The notes under the pieces are model-generated. The model was not told where the DNA came from, did not search any database, and was given only the letters and a program-made list of their open reading frames with translations. A stretch of 42,600 nt of DNA from Chiloscyllium plagiosum. Its lineage: Eukaryota. The DNA lies in NCBI RefSeq assembly GCF_004010195.1, contig NC_057718.1, forward strand, positions 6,715,068 to 6,757,667. Direction: 5' to 3'. Below, in pieces: positions 36,840 through 42,600 of this stretch. Position 1 is the first letter of the stretch; the number at the start of each line of letters is the position of its first letter. Made by a program: the position numbers and the translations under genes.

Positions 36840-36859
36840 GGTGTGGAAGAGGAAGGAAA

Positions 36860-37870
36860 TAGCGTGCATGGTGACGTGATGCAGAAATAACAAAATCTCC
36901 CTCAACATCAGCCAAACTAAAGACCGATCATTGACTTCAGAAAGCAAGGAGGAGGACATGCCCCTTTCTGCATCAGTGGAGCTGAGGTGGAGAGTGAATT
37001 AGAATTCCTACAGTGTAGAAACAGGTCCTTCAGCCCAACAAGCCCACACTGACCCTCCGAAGAGTGTCCCATCCAGACCCATTCCTCTACCCTGTTACTC
37101 TACATTTTCCCTGACTAATGCACCTAAACTACACATCCCTGGACACTACAGACAATTTAGCATGGCCAATCCACCTAACCTGCACAGCCTTGGACTATGG
37201 GAGGAAAGAGGTGCATCCAGAGGAAACCCACGCAGACACAGGGAGAATGTGCAAACTCCACACAAAGTCACTTGAGAGGGTGGAGAGCATCAAGTTCCTG
37301 AGACTAATGGTAACCAACAATGTGTCCTGGACCTCCCATGTAGATACGATGGTCAAGAAGACACAACAACGCCTCTTCTTCCTCAGTAGGCAAAGGAAAT
37401 TCGGCATGTCCATAAGGAACCACACCAACTTTTATAGATACACCACAGAAAACATCCTATCCAGATGCATCATGGCTTGGTACAGTAACTGCTCTGCCCA
37501 GGGCTGAAAGAAACTGCAGGGAGTTGTGAACACAGCCCAGCCCATCACACAAGCCACCCTTCCATCCATTGACTCCATCTACACTTCCCGCTGCCTCAGA
37601 AAGGCAGCCAACATCATCAAAGACCCCTCCCACCTCGGTTATGCTCTCTCCCAACCTCTTCCATCAGGCAGAAGATACAAAAGCTTAAACACACGTAACA
37701 ACAGATTCACGAACAGCTTCCTCTCCGTTGTTATTAGATTTTTAAATGGACCTCTCAAATTTCAAATCTAATGTTGATCTTGCTTTTCTTGTATACCTCC
37801 TCTGCAGCTGTAACTGCACAAAACAAAACTTTGCACTGTACCTCGGTATATGTAACAATAATAAATCAAA
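36860..37870 (+). mobile_element. Rex1/Babar-like LINE 3' part interrupted by an HE1-like SINE (about 36996-37271, - strand)
   Basis: IIDFRK, VKKTQQRLFFL, FYRYTTENILSRCIMAWY and KAANIIKDPSH motifs, with an aataaatcaaatca tail. Confidence 0.85.
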
Positions 37871-37956
37871 TCATCAGATCATCAACTGTTTCAACAAGTC
37901 AAAGGGTTCAAACATTTTAAAATAGTGAAGAAACAGATGTCATATGGATATGTTAC

Positions 37957-37993
37957 CATATTCAGTTATGGCCTTCGTATAATGCAAATCCAT
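37957..37993 (-). pseudogene. Candidate first coding exon of - strand pseudogene
   Basis: ggaATGG start context, MDLHYTKAITEY, ATG|GTAACA donor. Phase 1 is compatible with the next exon. Confidence 0.3.
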
Positions 37994-38769
37994 TCCAAAT
38001 ACACAACAGAGGCTCAATAAGAAATTACAAGGCAGATACGAAGTTAATGGTCACATGATGCATATTGGTAAGAACTTGCATTTATGTAGTGCCTTGGGTT
38101 GTGGCAAAATGTTGTGCAATCAAGTTGATAATACTGGAGAAATAGAAGCCAGCTTGTACATAGTCAAATCCCACAAACAACACTGAGATATTGATCAGAG
38201 ATTTGAGCAGGTAATCTAAACTCATATCCCAGGAGAGTAGGTGATAGCACACTGGTATTCTCGCTGGTCCATTAATCCAAAGACCCAAGTAATGTCTTGG
38301 GGACTTCAGTTCAAATCCTGCTATGACAGATGGTGGAATTTGAATTCAATATTAAAGAGCACTCTGGAATTCAGTCTGATCATGACTGTGAAAGTATCGA
38401 AGGGGAAAACCCAACTGGTTCACTAATGTATTTGAGGGAAGAAAACTGCAGTCCTTGCCTGGTTTAGCTGACAGACTTCAGACCAACAGTAATGTGGTTG
38501 ACTCTGAAAATCCCTCTGGGTAGTAAGGCATGGCCAAGGAAGCAAACCCACATCTAATGAATGAATAAAAGAAAATCCCAGAGTGAGTTGCATTGCAGAG
38601 GTGCCATAATTTATATCAGATGCTGAACCAAAGTCTTGTCTGTGACTCAGGCAGATGTTAAAGGTCCTACTTCTATCATGTTTTCTTCCGTGATCCACAC
38701 GCACTCACTCTGGTCTGAGCCAATTTGACAGAGAATAAGAATCTATGGCCGAACATGAATCAGATAATA

Positions 38770-39305
38770 GAATCACACAGTCAGACAGCATAGAAACAGG
38801 CCCTTCGGCCTGCTATGGCTGTACTGACCAACAAACACCAGACTACACTAATTCCATTTACCTATATTTTCAGTGCTCATCCAGCGGCTTCTTCAATACC
38901 TGCCTCCATCCGCCTCTCAGGCAGCACCTTCCATATTCCTACCACTCTCTGGGTGATTGTTTTATCTCTAAACAATTATTCCTCGCCTTAAACCTCACCT
39001 CATACTCTGGTCTTCGACATGTCTGCCATGGGGAAGATATTCTCATGATATCCTCACTCGAATTCTCTCATAATTATGTATATCTCAATCAGGTCATCCC
39101 TCAGACTCCGCTGCTCCAAGGAAAACAAATCCAGCTTATCCAGTCCCTCCACATAACGGAGACATTTCAGTCAATGTTCTGGTGAATCTCATCTGCACCC
39201 TCTCAGTACATTCATATCCTTCTGATAATGTGATGACCAGAACTGCACACAGTATTCCATCTGTGTTATAAAGTTGAAACAAGACTTCACTGTTCCTATA
39301 CTCTC
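38770..39305 (-). mobile_element. Degenerate CR1 3' fragment
   Basis: gaaacaggcccttcggcc tail and gaccagaactgcacacagtattcca (EYCVQFWS on the minus strand). Confidence 0.7.
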
Positions 39306-39461
39306 AAAAGATGGCAGCAGATGGGACTCCTCAGCTGGAGCTCATCTGGTCAGTGTGTTCCTGATCATTGTTTCTCTCTTTTTGCTTTTTTTTCTTTTTA
39401 CCTCCCATCCGAAGGTGACATCAACAATGTCTGAGGTGAAAACGAGCGTGGACTCAAGCCA

Positions 39462-42400
39462 CCGGCCTCAGTGTGGGACTGGAACTCCCGGTCTCAGTGT
39501 GGGACTGGAACTCCCGGTCTCAGTGTGGGACTGGAACTCCCCCCCCTCAGTGTGGGACTGGAACTCCCCCCCACAGTGTGGGACCGGAACTCCCCCCTCA
39601 GTGTGGGACTGGAACTCCCGGTCTCAGTGTGGGACTGGAACTACCGCCTCAGTGCGGGACTGGAACTCCCCCCCTCAGTGTGGGACTGGAATGCCCGGTC
39701 TCAGTGAGGGACTGGAACTCCCCCACTCAGTGTGGGACTGGAACTCCCGGCCTCAGTGTGGGACTGGAACTCCCAGCCTCAGTGTGTGACTGGAACTCCC
39801 GGTCTCAGTGTGGGACTGGAACTCCCAGCTTCAGTGTGGGACTGGAACTCCCGGTCTCAGTGTGGGACTGGAACTCCCGGTCTCAGTGAGGGACTGGAAC
39901 TCCCGGCCTCAGTGTGGGACTGGAACTCCCAGCCTCAGTGTGTGACTGGAACTCCCCCCCTCAGTGTGGGACTGGAACTCCCGGCCTCAGTGTCGGACTG
40001 GAACCCCTCCCTCTCAGTGTGGGACTGGAAATCCTGGCCTCAGTGTGGGACTGGAACTCCCCCCCTCAGTGTGGGACAGGATCTCCCGGTCTCACTGTGG
40101 GACTGGAAATTCCCCCCTCAGTGTGGGACTGGAACACCCGGTCTCAGTGTGGGACTGGAAGTCCCCTGCTCAGTGTGGGACTGGAACTCCCGGCCTCAGT
40201 GTGGGACTGGAACTCCCCCCCTCAGTGTGGGACTGGAACCCCCGGCCTCAGTCTGTGACTGGAACTCCCCCTCTCAGTGTGGGACTGGAACTCACCGCAC
40301 AGTGTGGGACTCGAACTCCCCCCCCTCAGAGTGTGACTGGAAATCCCGGCCTCAGTGTGGGACTGGAACTCCCGGCCACAGTGTGGGACTGGAACTACCC
40401 CCCTCAGTGTGGGACTGGAACTCCCCCCCTGAGTGTTGGACTGGAACTCCCCCCCTCGGTGTGGGACTGGAACTCCTCCCCTCAGTGTGGGACTGGAACT
40501 CCCGGTCACACTGTGGGACTGGAAATTCCCCCCTCAGTGTCGGACTGGAACTCCCGGTCTCAGTGTGGGACTGGAAGTCCCCTGCTCAGTGTGGGACTGG
40601 AACTCCAGGCCTCAGTGTGGGGCTCGAACTCCCCCCCTCAGTGTGGGACTGGAACTCCCCCACTCAGTGTGGGACTGGAACCCCCGGTCTCAGTGTGTGA
40701 CTGGAACCCCCGGCCTCAGTGTGGGACTGGAACCCCCAGCCTCAGTGTGGGACTGGAACTCCCGGTCTCACTGTGGGCCTGGAAATTCCCCCCTCAGTGT
40801 GGGACTGGAACCCCCGGCCTCAGTGTGGGACTGGAGCCCCCAGCCTCAGTGTGGGACTGGAACTCCCCCCCTCTGTGTGGGACTGGAACTCCCGGTGTCA
40901 GTGTGGGACTGGAACCCCCGGCCTCAGTGTGGAACTGGAACCCCCCCACTCAGTTTGGGAATGGAACTACCCTCTCAGTGTGGGACTGGAACTACCACCT
41001 CAGTGTGGGACTGGAACTCCCCCCTCAGTTTGGGACTGGAACTCCCGGCCTCAGTGTGGGACTGGAACTCCCCCCCTCAGTGTGGGACTGGAACTCCCAG
41101 TCTCAGTGTGTGACTGGAACCCCCGGCCTCAGTGTGGGACTGGAACTCCCGGTCTCACTGTGGGCCTGGAAATTCCACCCTCAGTGTGGGACTTGAACTC
41201 CCAGCCTCAATGTGGGACTGGAACTCCCCCCTCAGTGTGGGATTGGAACTTCCCCCCTCAGCGTGGTACTGGAACTCCCGGTCTCAGTGTGGGACTGGAA
41301 CCCCCGGCCTCAGTGTGGGACTGGAAACCCCGGCCTCGGTGTGGGATTGCAACCTCCGGCCTCAGTGTGGGACTGGAACTCCCCCCCTCAATGTGGGACT
41401 GGAACTCCCCGTCTCAGTGTGGGACTGGAACTCCCCATCTCAGTGCGGGACTGGAACTACCCCCCTCAGTGTGGGACTGGAACTCCCGGTCTCAGTGTGG
41501 GACTGGAACTCCCGGCCTCAGTGTGGGGCTCGAACTCCCGGTCTCAGTGTGGGACTGGAACTCCCACCCCTCAGGGTGGGTCTGGAACTCCCAGCCTCAA
41601 TGTGGGACTGGAACTCCCCCCTCAGTGTGGTACTGGAACTCCCCCCTCAGTGTGGGACTGGAACTCCCAGCCTCAATGTGGGACTGGAACTCCCCCCCTC
41701 AATGTGGGACTGGAACACCCCCCCTCAGTGAGGGAATGGAACTCCCGGCCTCAGTGTGGGACTGGAACTCCCGGCCTCAGTGTGGGACTGGAACTCCCAG
41801 CCTCAGTGTGTGACTGGAACTCCCAGCCTCAGTGTGGGACTGGAACTCCCAGCCTCAGTGTGGGACTGGAACTCCCCCCCTCAGTGTGGGACTGAAATTC
41901 CCCCCCTCAGTGTGGGACTGGAACTCCCTCCCTTAGTGTGGGACTGGAACTCCCAGACTCAGTGCGAGACTGGAAGTCCCCCCCTCAGAGTGGGACTGGA
42001 ACTCCCCCCCTCAGTGTGGGACTGGAACTCCCGGTCTCAGTGTGGGACTGGAACTCCCGGCCTCAGTGTGGGATTGGAACTCCCGGTCTCAGTGTGAGAC
42101 TGGAAGTCCCCCCCTCAGTGTGGGACTGGAACTCTCCCCCTCAATGTGGGACTGGAACTCCCCCCCTCAGTGTGGGACTGGAACTCCCTCCCTCAGTGTG
42201 GCACTGGAACTCCCGGTCTCAGTGTGGTACTGGAACCCCTCCCCTCAGTGTGGGACTGGAACAACCCCCTCACTGTGGGACTGGAACTCTCGGCCTCAGT
42301 ATGGGATTGGAACTCCCGGTCTCAGTGTGGGACTGGAACTCCCAGCCTCAGTGTGGGACTGGAACTCCCAGCCTCAGTGTGGGACTGGAATTCCCAGCCT

Positions 42401-42600
42401 CAGTGTGGGACTGGAACTCCACCCCTCAGTGTGGGACTGGAACTCCCCCGCTCAGTGTGGGACCGGAACTCCCGGCCTCAGTGTGGGACTGGAACTCCCG
42501 GCCTCAGTGTGGGACTGGAACTCCCGGTCTCAGTGTGAGACTGGAACTCCCGCCCTCAGTGTGGGACTGGAACAACCCCCTCACTGTGGGACTGGAACTC
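39462..42600 (+). repeat. About 26-bp minisatellite, roughly 120 copies, truncated by the window end
   Basis: Unit CTCAGTGTGGGACTGGAACTCCC plus 2-5 variable nt (GGT, GGC, AGC or CCC). Confidence 0.97.

Noticed and set aside
39462..42600. CRISPR-like array or repetitive protein (ORFs up to 410 aa)
   Set aside because: The variable part is only 2-5 nt and reuses the same few tags. There are no cas genes and the context is eukaryotic. ORFs are open in all three frames because the unit lacks stops.

Overview
Repeat-dense vertebrate genomic DNA, most likely from a shark (inferred from HE1-type and Deu-domain SINEs plus CR1, Rex1-like, RTE, L2 and Penelope-like elements). I found no intact protein-coding gene. 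Most ORF-track entries are repeat-derived or spurious. Main content: (1) Two convergent, multi-exon, apparently pseudogenised genes of unknown family. One is on the + strand (about 39-8100); the other is on the - strand (about 37993-27092). Their in-frame stops are mostly TGA. (2) A near full-length decayed CR1 LINE (about 14.0-18.15 kb) nested in a Rex1-like LINE. (3) Many short Penelope-like insertions carrying minimal hammerhead-ribozyme cores, several with target-site duplications (TSDs) and inverted arms. (4) Two Tigger/pogo-type MITEs. (5) A 42-bp minisatellite expanded inside one SINE copy. (6) An array of about 26-bp units over 3 kb long that runs off the window end. (7) A degenerate telomere-like tract. 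(8) A 1057-bp tandem duplication of nested repeats. Family names come from motif recognition, not database searches. Boundaries of old repeats are approximate.
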